Assembly: GCA_963849325.1 (NCBI GenBank)
Contig: CAWKHF010000004.1
Location: 160,001-224,000, forward strand
DNA: 64,000 nt
DNA from: an uncultured Planctomycetota bacterium
GTDB lineage: Bacteria; Planctomycetota; Planctomycetia; Gemmatales; Gemmataceae
Reading direction: 5' to 3'
Made by a program: the position numbers and the translations under genes. Positions within the stretch are counted from its first letter, which is position 1, and each line of letters begins with the position of its first letter. Below the pieces are notes generated by a model. The model searched no databases. It had not been told where the DNA came from and saw only the letters and a list, made by a program, of their open reading frames with translations. Below, in pieces: positions 23,701 to 34,529 of the stretch.

Positions 23701-25746
23701 ATGATGACGACCCCTTGCATCCGGACGAGTTTGCTGGCGCTGGCATTGCTTTTCGTGGTCCCGTGGGGGGCCGCTCCTCTGCGCGGCGATGACAAGCCGT
23801 TGTCGGCGATCGCAATCGGCGCTCGGGCGCCCGAGCACGGTTCGCTCCGCGACCTGCGCGGCAACCGCCGAGCGCTCTCCGGCTTCAAGGACCATCGCGC
23901 CCTCGTCCTCGCCTTCCTCGGCACCGACTGCCCCATTTCCAACCTCTACGCCCCCGCCCTGATCGAGATGGAGAAGAAGTACCGGGCCAAGGGGGTCCAG
24001 TTCCTCGCCATCTACGCCAACGAGCACGAAGACCTCGATCGGGTCGCCATACACTCCTACGACCGCGACGTGCCGTTCCCCGTGCTGAAGGACTTCGGAC
24101 AACGCCTGGCGGACACGCTGGGCGTCGAGCGCGTGCCGGCGGTCGCGGTGCTCGATAAGGATTTCATCCTTCGCTATCGCGGCCGGATCGACGATCGCTA
24201 TGGCGTGGCCGTGCGCCGGCCGAAGGCGACGCGCGACGACTTGCGGCAAGCCATCGAGGAAGTCCTGGCCGGCAAAAAGGTGAGCGTCGCCGAGACCGAA
24301 CCGGACGGCTGCCTGCTCGATCGCGCCGGCAAGAAGCCGGCCCGCAGCGGCGTCACCTACACCAAAGACGTCGCGCCGATCTTGCAGCAGCGCTGCCAGG
24401 CGTGCCACCGGCCGGACCAGTCCGCGCCGTTTTCGCTGTTGACGTATGAAAACGCGGTGAAGCACGCGCGCATGCTCAAGGAAGTGACGACGCAGCGGCG
24501 CATGCCGCCGTGGCACGCCGACCCGCGGCACGGGAAGTTCACCAACGACCGCCGCCTGAGCGACAAGGAGATCGAGACCCTGGCCGCCTGGGTCGATGCC
24601 GGCACGCCGCGCGGCGACGACAAGGACTTGCCCAAGCCCGTCGATTGGGTTGCGGGCTGGCGGATGGGCAAGCCAGACCTCGTGCTGCAAATGCCGGCCG
24701 AGTACGAAGTGCCGGCCGACGGCGTGGTGCCGTACAAGCAGTTCACGATGGACCCCGGCTTCCAGAAGGACGTTCGGGTCGAGAAGGGAGAAGCGCGGCC
24801 GGGACCGGGAGCGGCCGGCGTCGTGCATCACGTCGTCGTTTACATCCTCAAGCCGGGCCAGAAGCAGCCCTTCGACAACGAGGGCAACATGAACATCCTC
24901 GTCGGCTGGGCGCCCGGCGACCTCGGCCTGGTCTGCCCGCCCGACACCGGCCTGCGCGTGCCCAAAGGCTCGAAGCTGATGTTCGAGATGCACTACACGC
25001 CCAACGGCACGGCCGTCAAGGACCGTTCGTCGATCGGCCTTATCTTCCGCAAGACGCCGCCGAAGTACGAAATGCTCATGAATTCCTTCATGAATGAGTC
25101 GATCCGCATTCCGCCGCGCGATCCGCACTATCGGGCCGAGGCCGTCATGCGCTTCCCCGCCGACGCCCGCATCCTCAGCCTGGTGCCGCACATGCACTGG
25201 CGCGGCAAAGATTACTTTTACGAGCTGATTTATCCGGATGGCCGCAAGCGGACGCTGCTGTCGGTGCCGCGCTGGGACTTCAACTGGCAGAACACCTACC
25301 AGTTCGCCGAGCCGATCCAGGTGCCCAAGGGGGCGCGTCTGCACGCCGTCGCCCACTGGGACAACTCGCGCAACAACCCGTACAACCCCGACCCCGACAA
25401 GGAAGTACGCTTCGGCCTGCAAACGTGGGAAGAGATGATGGTCGGCTGGTGCGTCTATACCTGGGAGCGGCCGGACACGGCCGCGAAGCTGGCCGCCGCG
25501 AAGGTCGATCCGGCCGAGAAAATGTTCGACCGCCTCGACCGCAACGGCGACGACGTGATTACACCCAACGAAATTCCCGAGCAATTCAAGCTGTATCTGA
25601 AAGTCCAGGGGATTAAAATCCCGGAGCGCATCACGCGCGAGGAATTCGGCCCGATCTACGAGGAGATGCGCAAGCGTTTCCAGAAACCGAAAGCCAAGGA
25701 AGACAAGAAACCGGCGGACCAGACGCCGACGCAAAGGAAGCCATGA
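23701..25746 (+). CDS. Exported redoxin - cytochrome c - copper type II monooxygenase-like - EF-hand fusion
   Basis: Signal peptide; CPIS redoxin site; CQACH heme motif; VHH, HMH and EEMM copper ligands; DRNGDDVITPNE EF-hand. Confidence 0.8.
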   Translation: MMTTPCIRTSLLALALLFVVPWGAAPLRGDDKPLSAIAIGARAPEHGSLRDLRGNRRALSGFKDHRALVLAFLGTDCPISNLYAPALIEMEKKYRAKGVQFLAIYANEHEDLDRVAIHSYDRDVPFPVLKDFGQRLADTLGVERVPAVAVLDKDFILRYRGRIDDRYGVAVRRPKATRDDLRQAIEEVLAGKKVSVAETEPDGCLLDRAGKKPARSGVTYTKDVAPILQQRCQACHRPDQSAPFSLLTYENAVKHARMLKEVTTQRRMPPWHADPRHGKFTNDRRLSDKEIETLAAWVDAGTPRGDDKDLPKPVDWVAGWRMGKPDLVLQMPAEYEVPADGVVPYKQFTMDPGFQKDVRVEKGEARPGPGAAGVVHHVVVYILKPGQKQPFDNEGNMNILVGWAPGDLGLVCPPDTGLRVPKGSKLMFEMHYTPNGTAVKDRSSIGLIFRKTPPKYEMLMNSFMNESIRIPPRDPHYRAEAVMRFPADARILSLVPHMHWRGKDYFYELIYPDGRKRTLLSVPRWDFNWQNTYQFAEPIQVPKGARLHAVAHWDNSRNNPYNPDPDKEVRFGLQTWEEMMVGWCVYTWERPDTAAKLAAAKVDPAEKMFDRLDRNGDDVITPNEIPEQFKLYLKVQGIKIPERITREEFGPIYEEMRKRFQKPKAKEDKKPADQTPTQRKP

Positions 25747-25881
25747 GGCGAAATATCCCCCGTTTCCGCCGGCTGACCGCCTCACGCTCGACGGACGAGG
25801 AAGCGCTCAAGTAACCTACCTCCCGCGTCGATAAGCTTGGCGGTCTGGATCGATCCGCGGCGCCGACGAGGGGAGGAGAGG

Positions 25882-26471
25882 ATGCGTTTCGGCCGTGCCT
25901 CGAAATATGGAGCGGTCGTGGCGGGTATGCTGGCCTGGAGCCTGCTCGCCGTCGCGGCTGCCCCGATGAGCTCGCCCGCCCCCGTCCCGGAACAGTCCGT
26001 ACAGGCCATCTTTCCCGCCCTTTCCCTGGAACAACTGGCGTGCATGAGCTGGTGTGAACTCGAACAGTTGTACCGCCAGGCCGGTCCCGGCACGATGCCG
26101 ACCGGCTACCTGCGCGGCCGAGCCATCTACTGTCCCGGCGCCTTCCTCACGCCGACGCGGTTGAAAGTCAGCGAGGCCATGTGGCACGGCAAGCACTTCT
26201 GTCCGGCCGACGGCATGCTCATCAATCAGTGGTGCCTCGGACTCCAGGCCGTGCGGGGCGCGTCTGTTACGGCACGAGCTGGCTGGACGGAGGACCGTCC
26301 CTTGTCATGGATTATCGCGGCATGTCGCACGTCTGGTCCGACGTGCGCGACGAGCTGCGCGAGGTTGCGCCCGGCGTCTACCTGGGGCTGATGTATCGCT
26401 GCAAGGCGGGGCAGCCACGGATGAAGATGTTCTTCGCCCTGGAAATGCCGGCGTGCGCTCCCTGTCCCTAA
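25882..26471 (+). CDS. Hypothetical exported protein; frameshift near 26255
   Basis: Signal peptide, GGAGGAG RBS; WHGKHF frame joins VRDELREVAPGVYLG frame. Confidence 0.65.
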
Positions 26472-26506
26472 CCGAAGGAAGACCCGAGCGTCCGCGATAG
26501 CGGCTT

Positions 26507-27864
26507 CTATCGCTTGCCGACCGATTTCGTGCTCGGTTCGGCCGGGCGGTGGTCCGGTACAGGGTCGTGCCTGGCCCCCCACTGGAAAAGCAGGACCAGA
26601 AGCAGGACGAGAGTGAGCAGCACGGCACTGCTGGCGCCGCTAACCAGGAGCAGGCGTTTGCGTTCCGCCGCCCGTCGCTGTTTGCGCTTGCCGTCGTCGG
26701 ACTCGACCGTGTCCGGCCTCAGCTCGGCAAAGGTATCGGCGCTGACGGCCGGCGTCGGGACGGCGGGCGCGGCCGGAGGCGCCACGGGCAGGGATGACGG
26801 GGTTGCCGAGACCGCGGCGAGTGGAGCGGCGAGTGGAGCGGCGAGGGTGAGGGCCGCCAGGGCGGCGACCAGTTCCGCCGGCGTCTGGAAGCGATCAGCG
26901 GGTCGCTTGGCCAGCAGACGATGCACGATCGCCGCCACCGGCGACGGCACGTCGGGACGGAAATCGCGCACGGATTGCGGCCGCTCGCTCTGATGCTTGA
27001 GCAGCTTCTCCAGGGCGTTGCCACCAGAGAAGGGCGCTCGGCCGGCCAGCAGAAAATAAAAGGTACAGCCCAGGCTGTAGAGGTCGGCGCGGATGTCGGC
27101 CGAGCGCGCGTCCATCGCCTGCTCGGGAGCGACGTAGTCCGGCGTACCGATCATCACCCCGTCGCCCGTCAGCGACGCGCCGGACATTTCGGCCTGCGAT
27201 TCGGGCGTCAACCGGGCCAGACCCATGTCGAGCACCTTGACCACCCCCTGTCGGGTCAGCAGCAGGTTGTGCGGTTTGATGTCGCGGTGGACCAGGCCTT
27301 TGTCGTGGGCGTGCTGCAACCCCAGCGCCGCCTGCCGCACGCAATCGCACGCTCGGGCCACTGGCATTGGGCCGTACTGCTTGACGTAATGGGCCAGGTC
27401 GACGCCCTCGACGTACTCCATGGCGAAGAAGTGCGTCCCGTCGTGCTCGTCGGCGTCGAGGGCGAGCACGATGTTGGCGTGGGACAGCTGCGCCGCCGCC
27501 TGGATTTCCCGACGAAAGCGGCGCACGGCATCGGGGTGGGACAGCCGTTCCTTGCGGATGACTTTCAAGGCCACGATCCGCGCCAGCTTGCGGTGGCGCG
27601 CCTTGAACACTTGCCCCATACCGCCCTCGCCCAGCCGTTCCAGCAGGAGGAACGACCCAAGCACGAGTTGATTGGCTCGGCCCTGGAAGAGCTGATTGAC
27701 CTGGAAGGGCGTCAACCAATTGCGGCGCACCAGTTCGCCGGCCAGGGGCGCGGGTCGGCGAACGTCCCGGCCGGCTGACGGGCCAGTTCCGCCAGCTGCT
27801 CCGGCTCCAGCAAGGGAACCCGACGCAGCGCATCCATAAAGGAGGAGACGGACGCGAAGGACAT
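26507..27864 (-). CDS. Hanks-type Ser/Thr kinase with C-terminal TM, short copy; frameshift near 27748
   Basis: GEGGMG, VALK, HRDIKPHN, DMG, GTPDYVAPE, DLYSLG. Confidence 0.9.
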
Positions 27865-27918
27865 ACCTTCATCCCTGGGGGGAAGATGGTGACGAGTCGT
27901 GCTCTCCGCATGGAGCAC

Positions 27919-27948
27919 AATATATCGCCGCGCACGGTCGTATGGCAA
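27919..27948 (-). promoter_or_regulatory. Sigma70-like promoter of the short kinase copy
   Basis: Minus-strand TTGCCA-18-TATATT, conserved as TTGGCA-18-TATAGT upstream of the long copy. Confidence 0.55.
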
Positions 27949-27992
27949 GAGGCGAGTGGCGTGAAAAGTCCATCGCCGCTCCGAATCCTCTT

Positions 27993-30900
27993 TCAACGCG
28001 GTGGCGAGCCCAGGCGCAGCAGGTACACGGTGCCATCGACGTGGCCGACGGCCAGGTGCCGGCCGTCGCCGGCGAGTGCGCCGGCGTGGACGGGCAGCGG
28101 CACCTTCATCGTCTGCCGCTCCTTGCCGCTGATACTGTCGCGGACGATCGCCAATCCGTCCAGGCCGGCCGACACGAGTTGCTTGCCATCCGGGGTAAAA
28201 GCGAGAAAACGGACCTCTTTTTCATGTCCGGGCAGGCTAGCCCGCTCCCGGCCGGTCGCGGCGTCCCACAGCCGCACGCGCCCGTCCTTCCCGCCGGAGG
28301 CCAGTACCCTGCCGTCGGGGCTGAAGGCCAGCGCCGCCACGTTCTCCGCCGGCCCGGCGCAGGTGGCGCGCCGCTGGCTGTTCTGCGCGTGCCATACCTG
28401 CACGACCCCGTTCGCGCCCGCCACGGCCACGCTCCGACCATCGGGGCTGAACGCCAACGCGGTGATCGGCTGGTCCAACCGCTCCACACGGTCCATGTCG
28501 CCGGTTTCCACCCGCCAGAACTTGAGCGCCTCCGTCCGCCCCGCCTGTCGCCAGCATCTTGCCGTCGGGGCTGTAGGCGGCGGCCTGCACGAGATCATCG
28601 TGGGCCGGCGCGGAACGCTGTTCCTTGCCGGTGGCGGCGTCCCAGAAGACGAGTTTTTTGCCGCCGTCGTTGGTGACCAACGTGTGCCCATCGGGCCGAT
28701 AGGCGCCGCACACCGGGCCGGCCTGCACCGGCAGCATCGCCCGCTGCCGCGGCGCGGGGCCTTTGAGATCCCATAGGCGAACCGAAAGGTCCGCGCTCAT
28801 CGAAGCGAGCGTGAGGTCGTCCGAGGCGAAGGCCAACCCGGTGATCCGCTGAACGTGTCCGGGACCAAAATGACGTTGCTGCGGGGTGGCCGAGGTGATG
28901 TCCCACAGGTGGACCGTGCCGTCGTTGCCCGCCGTGGCCAGCGTTCGGCCGTCCGGCGCGAAGGACACGGACCAGACCAGCCCAACATGGTCGGGGACAG
29001 AAGCGATCTGTTCGAGTTGTTTCTTTGACACGTCCCATAAGCGCCAGTGGCTACCCCAGAAGCCGCAGGCCAGCCGCTGACCGTCGGGCGAGAAGGCCGC
29101 GTCGTTGGTCGCTTCACCAAGCCACGGGCCGGTGACTTCTACCGGATCGGCCACGGTCATGTCCCACAGGCGAAGCGTGAAATCGTGCTGGCCGGATGAG
29201 GCGAGGAGCTTGCCGTCCGGGCTGAAGGTAAGCGACACCACCCAGTAGGTGTGGTTCTTGAGGACCGCTCGCTCTTTCGGTCCCTCGCCGGACAGGTCCC
29301 AGACACGGATGGTCTTGTCCGTGCTGCCGGTCGCCAGCGTCTTGCCGTCGGGTGAGAAGGCGGGCTTGCAGAGACTGCCCGTGTGTCCCTTGAGCACCGC
29401 CCATTCCCCGGATCCTCCGGAGATGTCCCATAAACGGATCGTCGGCGGTTCGGTAGCGCAAGGGATCGCCAGTCGTTTGCCATCCGGCGACAACGCCACC
29501 GCCTCGATTCCCGAGGGAAACCCCTTGATGATGCGTGTCTGTCGGGGTTGCTCTCCGCTCACGTCCCAGAGGACGACGCTGGTTCGTCCGCTCGTGGCCA
29601 GCATCTTGCCATCGCGGCGGAAATCCAACGCTGATTGAGGTTGCTCCGCTTTCAAGACCGCTTTGACGGTCAGATCGTTGGGATGCAAGAGGCGGATCGT
29701 GCCATCGCCGGTGTTGCAAGCCAGCCAGCGGCCATCCGTACTGTACTGGACATACGCCCGGTTCGCCGCGGCCGAGTAATCGACCCAACTGCGATGATCG
29801 CCGAGCACGGCCAGCAGCTCTTTCGGCTGGCCGTCCAGCTTCTGCTCCGGTGACAGCGGCATGTCAGTCAAGGCATCCAGCGGCGACGGCAGCCGCATGA
29901 GCCATTCCGCCGCCTCGATCGCTGGCCGCGTGCCGGGGTAGGCGCGGCGGAAAGCAACGAGATCCTCGCGCAGCTTGATGCGGTCGGTCGCGGGTGCCTC
30001 GGCGCGGACACGCAGCGCCTTCCACTCCTTTTCGGCCGCTTCCGCACTGGACGCCTGCGGGGTGCCGGCCCGCGTGTCATCCGGGACGGGGCGCTCTCTC
30101 GATCCTCCCTTGAAGATCAAGACCAGAAGCAGGACCAGGACCAGCAGAACGCCGCCGCCGGCCGCACTGAGGACCAGCAGCCGTTTGCGCTCCGCGGCCT
30201 CCCGTTGCTTGCGCGAGCCGTCCTCGGTGCCCCGCATATCGGGGCGCAGGTCCGCGAAGGTGTCGGAGCTGACGGCTGGGGTCGGCGCCGCACCAGCAGC
30301 CGGATCAGCCACGATGGCGGCGACGGGGGCGCTGGGGACCAACGCCGCGGCGAGTGCGGCGATCAGTTCCGCCGGCGTCTGGAAGCGATCGGCGGGCCGC
30401 TTGGCCAGCAGGCGATGCACGACGGCCGCCACCGGAGGCGGAACGTCCGGGCGGTAATCCCGCACCGGCCTCGGCTGCTCGTTCTGATGCCGGAACAGCT
30501 TCTCCATCAAGGAGCCGCCGGGGAAAGGCACCCGGCCGGTCAAGAGAAAATAGAAGGTACAGCCCAGGCTGTAGAGGTCGGCGCGGATGTCGGCCGAACG
30601 CGCGTCCATCGCCTGCTCCGGCGCGACGTAGTCCGGCGTCCCCATCATCGTGCCTTCCGCCGTCAGCGCCGTACACGACGCTTCGTCCGGCGATTCCGAG
30701 CGCAGCCGGGCCAGGCCCATGTCGAGCACCTTGACCGTGCCGGTCTGCGGCATCAGCAAGAGATTATGCGGCTTGATGTCGCGGTGGACCAGGCCGCGCT
30801 CGAAGGCGTGCTGCAAGCCCAGCGCCGTCTGCCGCACGTACTCCCATGCCTGCGCCACCGGCAGCGGGCCAACCTGCTTGACGTGCTTGGCCAGGTCCGT

Positions 30901-31361
30901 ACCCTGGACGTACTCCATGGCGAAGAAGTGCGTCCCCTCGTGTTCGTCGGCGTCGAGGGCGAGTACGATGTTGGGATGAGACAGCTGCGCCGCCGCCTGG
31001 ATCTCGCGGCGGAAGCGGCGCACGGCGTCGGGGTGGGACAACCGTTCCTTACGGATGACCTTCAAGGCCACGAGTCGCCCTAGCTTGCGGTGGCGCGCCT
31101 TGAACACTTGTCCCATGCCGCCTTCGCCCAATCGTTCCAGCAGGAGGAACGGCCCGAGTACGAGCTGCGCGGCGCGGCCCTGGAAGAGCTGATTCACCTG
31201 GTAAGGCGTCAGCCAGCCGCGGCGCACCAGTTCGCCGGCCAGGGTGCGCGGATCGCGGAACGTCCCGGCCGGCTGACGCGTCAACTCCGCCAGCTGCTCC
31301 GGCTCCAGCAGCGCGACCTGCGCAACACGTCCAGAAAGGAGGAAACCGACGCGAAGGCCAT
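27993..31361 (-). CDS. Ser/Thr kinase - TM - WD40 repeat protein; frameshifts near 31315 and 28545
   Basis: Kinase motifs plus many GH...AFSPDG...IRVWD repeats. Confidence 0.9.
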
Positions 31362-31521
31362 ACCTTCATCCCCGGGCGAGGATGGCGACAATTCGTGCAA
31401 CCCGCATTGGGCAAACTATATCGTGGCGCACCGTCGTATGCCAAGAGGCGAGGGCCGCGGGACGCCGACCGCCGCTCCGAACTTGCGTGGCGAAGCGTCC
31501 ACTTTTATCATGCATCAGAGT

Positions 31522-31602
31522 TCGGGTGGCGGGTGGAGGGTGGCGGGTGGAGGGAGAAGATGTTCTTCTCCCTCCACCCGCCGCCCTCCACCCGCCACCC
31601 GA
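31522..31602. repeat. Heptamer-based palindrome, (GGGTGGC/A)n arms
   Basis: TCGGGTGGCGGGTGGAGGGTGGCGGGTGGAGGGAGAAGA-TGT-near-perfect reverse complement. Confidence 0.85.
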
Positions 31603-31618
31603 GGGGAAAGGCTGGCCC

Positions 31619-32566
31619 GTGATCCACTATCGAACGTTCCGCAACGGCGATCCTCCGGGGCTGGTCGAAGTCTGGAACGCGGCCTTTGCCGGCCGCGGGG
31701 CCGTCCGCTTGCAAAGCCCTTCCTGGCTCGAATATTTTCTGTTCTCCAAACCCTATTTCGATCCGGAGGGTCTGCTGGTCGCTTGCGTCGAGAACCGGGT
31801 CGTCGGCTTCGCCCTGGCCGGCTTCGGACCCAACGACACCGAAAGCGCGCTCGATCCGCACAGCGGCGTCCTCTGTCTGCTCGCCGTCCTGCCTACGCAC
31901 CGCGGTCAGGGTATCGGTTCCGAATTGCTGCGTCGCGCTGAGACGTATTTGCGCAGCCGGGGGAGCCAAGAGTTGTTCGCCGGACCCACGTACCCGCTCA
32001 ACCCGTACACGTTCGGCCTGTACGGCGGCAGTGTCTCGCCCGGCTTTCTCGACAGCGACCCGCAAGCTCGCCCCTTCCTCGAACATCGGGGCTACGCGCT
32101 CGCCAATACCAGCCTGGTCTTGCAGCGCTCCTTGCAGCAGGCGCTCAGCGTCTCGGACGGACGTTTCGCCGCGCACCGCTTGCGCTACGAGGTCCACGCC
32201 GGTCCCTTCCTCGGGACGACGTGGTGGCAGGAGTGCGTTCTTGGCCCCGTCGAACTGCACGAGTATCGCTTGCAGGACAAGTTGACCGGCCGCACCGCCG
32301 CCCGGGCGCTGATGTGGGAGATGGAAGTGTATACGCAGCGCTGGAACGAACACGCCATCGGCATCAGCGACATCGTCGTGCCCGCCGAACTGCGCCGCCA
32401 AGGGCTGGCCAAGTTCCTGCTCGCCCAGATCCTGCGCTATCTGCACGATCAATTCTTCAGTGTTGTCGAAATCCAGGCACCGGCCGACAACACCGCCGCC
32501 GTCAACCTCTTACGCGGCCTCGGCTTCGAGTCGGTTGACGCCGGACATCTCTACCGGAAAGTTTAG
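31619..32566 (+). CDS. Tandem GNAT acetyltransferase (MshD-like architecture)
   Basis: Two acetyl-CoA motifs HRGQGIG and RRQGLA; GTG start. Confidence 0.85.
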   Translation: MIHYRTFRNGDPPGLVEVWNAAFAGRGAVRLQSPSWLEYFLFSKPYFDPEGLLVACVENRVVGFALAGFGPNDTESALDPHSGVLCLLAVLPTHRGQGIGSELLRRAETYLRSRGSQELFAGPTYPLNPYTFGLYGGSVSPGFLDSDPQARPFLEHRGYALANTSLVLQRSLQQALSVSDGRFAAHRLRYEVHAGPFLGTTWWQECVLGPVELHEYRLQDKLTGRTAARALMWEMEVYTQRWNEHAIGISDIVVPAELRRQGLAKFLLAQILRYLHDQFFSVVEIQAPADNTAAVNLLRGLGFESVDAGHLYRKV

Positions 32567-32595
32567 CTACGCCTCAGAGCGCGTCGCGGCTAAAC
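32561..32595. repeat. Degenerate family A palindrome between convergent genes
   Basis: GTTTAGC...GCGCGTCGCGGCTAAAC; contains both stop codons. Confidence 0.65.
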
Positions 32596-33060
32596 GGTGC
32601 TCAGCTCCGCTACCAACTGTTCATAACGATCTCCTCTCCCTTCCACCACGGCGCGACGGGAGCTTTCCCCCGTCACGGACAGCGTTACGCGCAGGTGTTC
32701 GGAGGGGAGACAACCCGGCACACGATCCGCCCATTCGACCAGGCAAACGCCGTCCGCCTCGAAGTATTCATGCACGCCCAGGTCGGCGAACTCCCCTTCC
32801 GTCTGGAGGCGGTAGGCGTCGAAGTGATAGATCGGCAGTTGGGCCTGGTATTCCTGCACGAGAACGAAGGTCGGACTGGTGACGACTCGACTGTCGGCGA
32901 TGCCCAGTCCCTCGGCGATGGCCCGCGCCAGATGCGTCTTGCCGGCCCCCAGCACGCCAACCAGGGCGAGGACCGAACCGGGCCACAGCCGTTGTCCAAG
33001 CCGACGCCCGAACGTCTGCGTCGCCGCCAGGTCGGGCAGGTCCACGATCAACGCTTTCAT
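32590..33060 (-). CDS. tsaE: t6A biosynthesis ATPase TsaE
   Basis: GVLGAGKT, VTSPTFVLVQEY, HFDAYRL, VEWAD. Confidence 0.95.
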   Translation of the reverse strand: MKALIVDLPDLAATQTFGRRLGQRLWPGSVLALVGVLGAGKTHLARAIAEGLGIADSRVVTSPTFVLVQEYQAQLPIYHFDAYRLQTEGEFADLGVHEYFEADGVCLVEWADRVPGCLPSEHLRVTLSVTGESSRRAVVEGRGDRYEQLVAELSTV

Positions 33061-33067
33061 GAGATGG

Positions 33068-33148
33068 AGGTTTTCGTTTCGCCGCGACGCGCAGCGGAGC
33101 GCGGGACTGTCCTGCGCTCCGCTGCGCGTCGCGGCGAAACGAAAACCT
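33068..33148. repeat. REP-like palindrome family A (variant with extended arms)
   Basis: AGGTTTTCGTTTCGCCGCGACGCGCAGCGGAGCGC ... GCGCTCCGCTGCGCGTCGCGGCGAAACGAAAACCT. Confidence 0.9.
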
Positions 33149-33153
33149 AAACC

Positions 33154-34374
33154 CTAAACGGCCTTGAGCACAAGACAGGTATTGCTGCCGCCGAAGCCGA
33201 AGGAATTGGACACGGCCACACGGACCTTCGCCGGACGCGCCTCGTTGGCGACGTGGCACAGCCGGCATTCGGGATCGGGTTCGTGCAGATTGATCGTCGG
33301 CGGCAGCGTCTTTCGTTCCATCGCCACCAGGCAGGCCAGGGCTTCGACGGCGGCGGCGGCAGTCAGCAGATGGCCGGTCATGCTTTTGGTCGAACTGATG
33401 GGCACGCCCTGGATGGCGTCGCCGAAAACCGCAGTGAGGACGCGCGCCTCGGCGATGTCGCCGACGGGCGTGCTGGTGGCGTGGGCGTTGATGTACTCAA
33501 CGTCGTCAGGACTGCAGCCGGCGTCGTCGAGGGCTTCGCGGACGGCGGCCGTCGCCGGCTCGGGATCGGGACTGGGGATGACCATGTTGAAGGCGTCGCT
33601 GCGGGCGCCGTAACCGGCTACCTCGGCGTAGACGCGGGCGCCGCGGCGACGAGCCGTGGCCGACGGTTCGAGCACGAAGACGGCGCCGCCGTCACCCATG
33701 ACGAAGCCGTCGCGTTGACGGTCGAACGGCCGGGAGGCGGCCTGCGGTTCGCCGTTGCGGCGCGACAGGGCACGCAGGTTGCCGAAGCCGGCCAGGGCCA
33801 TCGGCGTCACCGCCATGTCACAGGCGCCGGCCAGGCACACGTCCACCCAGCCCAGCTCGAGCCAGTGGCGAGCCTGGGCCAGAGCGACGTTTCCACTGGC
33901 GCAGGCCGCCGACACGCTCAGCGTCGGCCCGGTCAGGCCCAGCACGCGCCGCGTCCGGGCGAGCATCGCTTCGCCGTCCTGCTGCGGCTCCCAGACGCGC
34001 CGGCCGCCGGCCAGGGCGTCGGTCTCCCAGACTTCCAGCAACTCCGCGCCCACGCCCAGCGCCAGGCCGATGCGGACCTCGTCTCGCCGTTCCCACCAGC
34101 CGGAATCGCGCAGGGCGCCGACGCAACACCAGCGCATCAACTGTTCCAGGCGGTGCAGATGAGCGAACTCCTCGGGATCGACGCCATCGGGACAAGGAAC
34201 GTCCCGCAGCTGGCCGGCGATTTGGCTGGGGTGTTCGGACACGTCGAAGCCCTGGACGCGGCCGATGCCGGAGCGCCCGGCCAGGAGCTGATCGGCGAAA
34301 TCGGCGTAGGTATGGCCCAGCGGCGTGGCCGTGCCCACCCCCGTAATCCAGACCGCGCTGGCGTGGCTCACCAT
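33154..34374 (-). CDS. fabF: Beta-ketoacyl-ACP synthase II (FabF-like)
   Basis: Cys-His-His triad SAACASG, HATST, KSMTGHL; NSFGFGG; alternative start 34407. Confidence 0.88.
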   Translation of the reverse strand: MVSHASAVWITGVGTATPLGHTYADFADQLLAGRSGIGRVQGFDVSEHPSQIAGQLRDVPCPDGVDPEEFAHLHRLEQLMRWCCVGALRDSGWWERRDEVRIGLALGVGAELLEVWETDALAGGRRVWEPQQDGEAMLARTRRVLGLTGPTLSVSAACASGNVALAQARHWLELGWVDVCLAGACDMAVTPMALAGFGNLRALSRRNGEPQAASRPFDRQRDGFVMGDGGAVFVLEPSATARRRGARVYAEVAGYGARSDAFNMVIPSPDPEPATAAVREALDDAGCSPDDVEYINAHATSTPVGDIAEARVLTAVFGDAIQGVPISSTKSMTGHLLTAAAAVEALACLVAMERKTLPPTINLHEPDPECRLCHVANEARPAKVRVAVSNSFGFGGSNTCLVLKAV

Positions 34375-34440
34375 GTTTTCTCCGCTCGGCCAACCATGCC
34401 TTCTCATCTCGAATCCGTACCTAGGGCCGCTTGCGGCTTA

Positions 34441-34529
34441 GAGGCTCTAACAAAATGTGGCAACACGTTTTCAACGTGTTGGATTGTACGGCACGTTACA
34501 AACGTGCCGCCACATTCGGTTAGTGCCTC
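34441..34529. mobile_element. 89-bp MITE-like element with TTA duplication inserted into a family B palindrome
   Basis: Ends GAGGCTCTAAC / GTTAGTGCCTC, TTA at 34438-34440 and 34530-34532; removal restores the perfect 18-bp IR GCCGCTTGCGGCTTAGCG. Confidence 0.75.
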
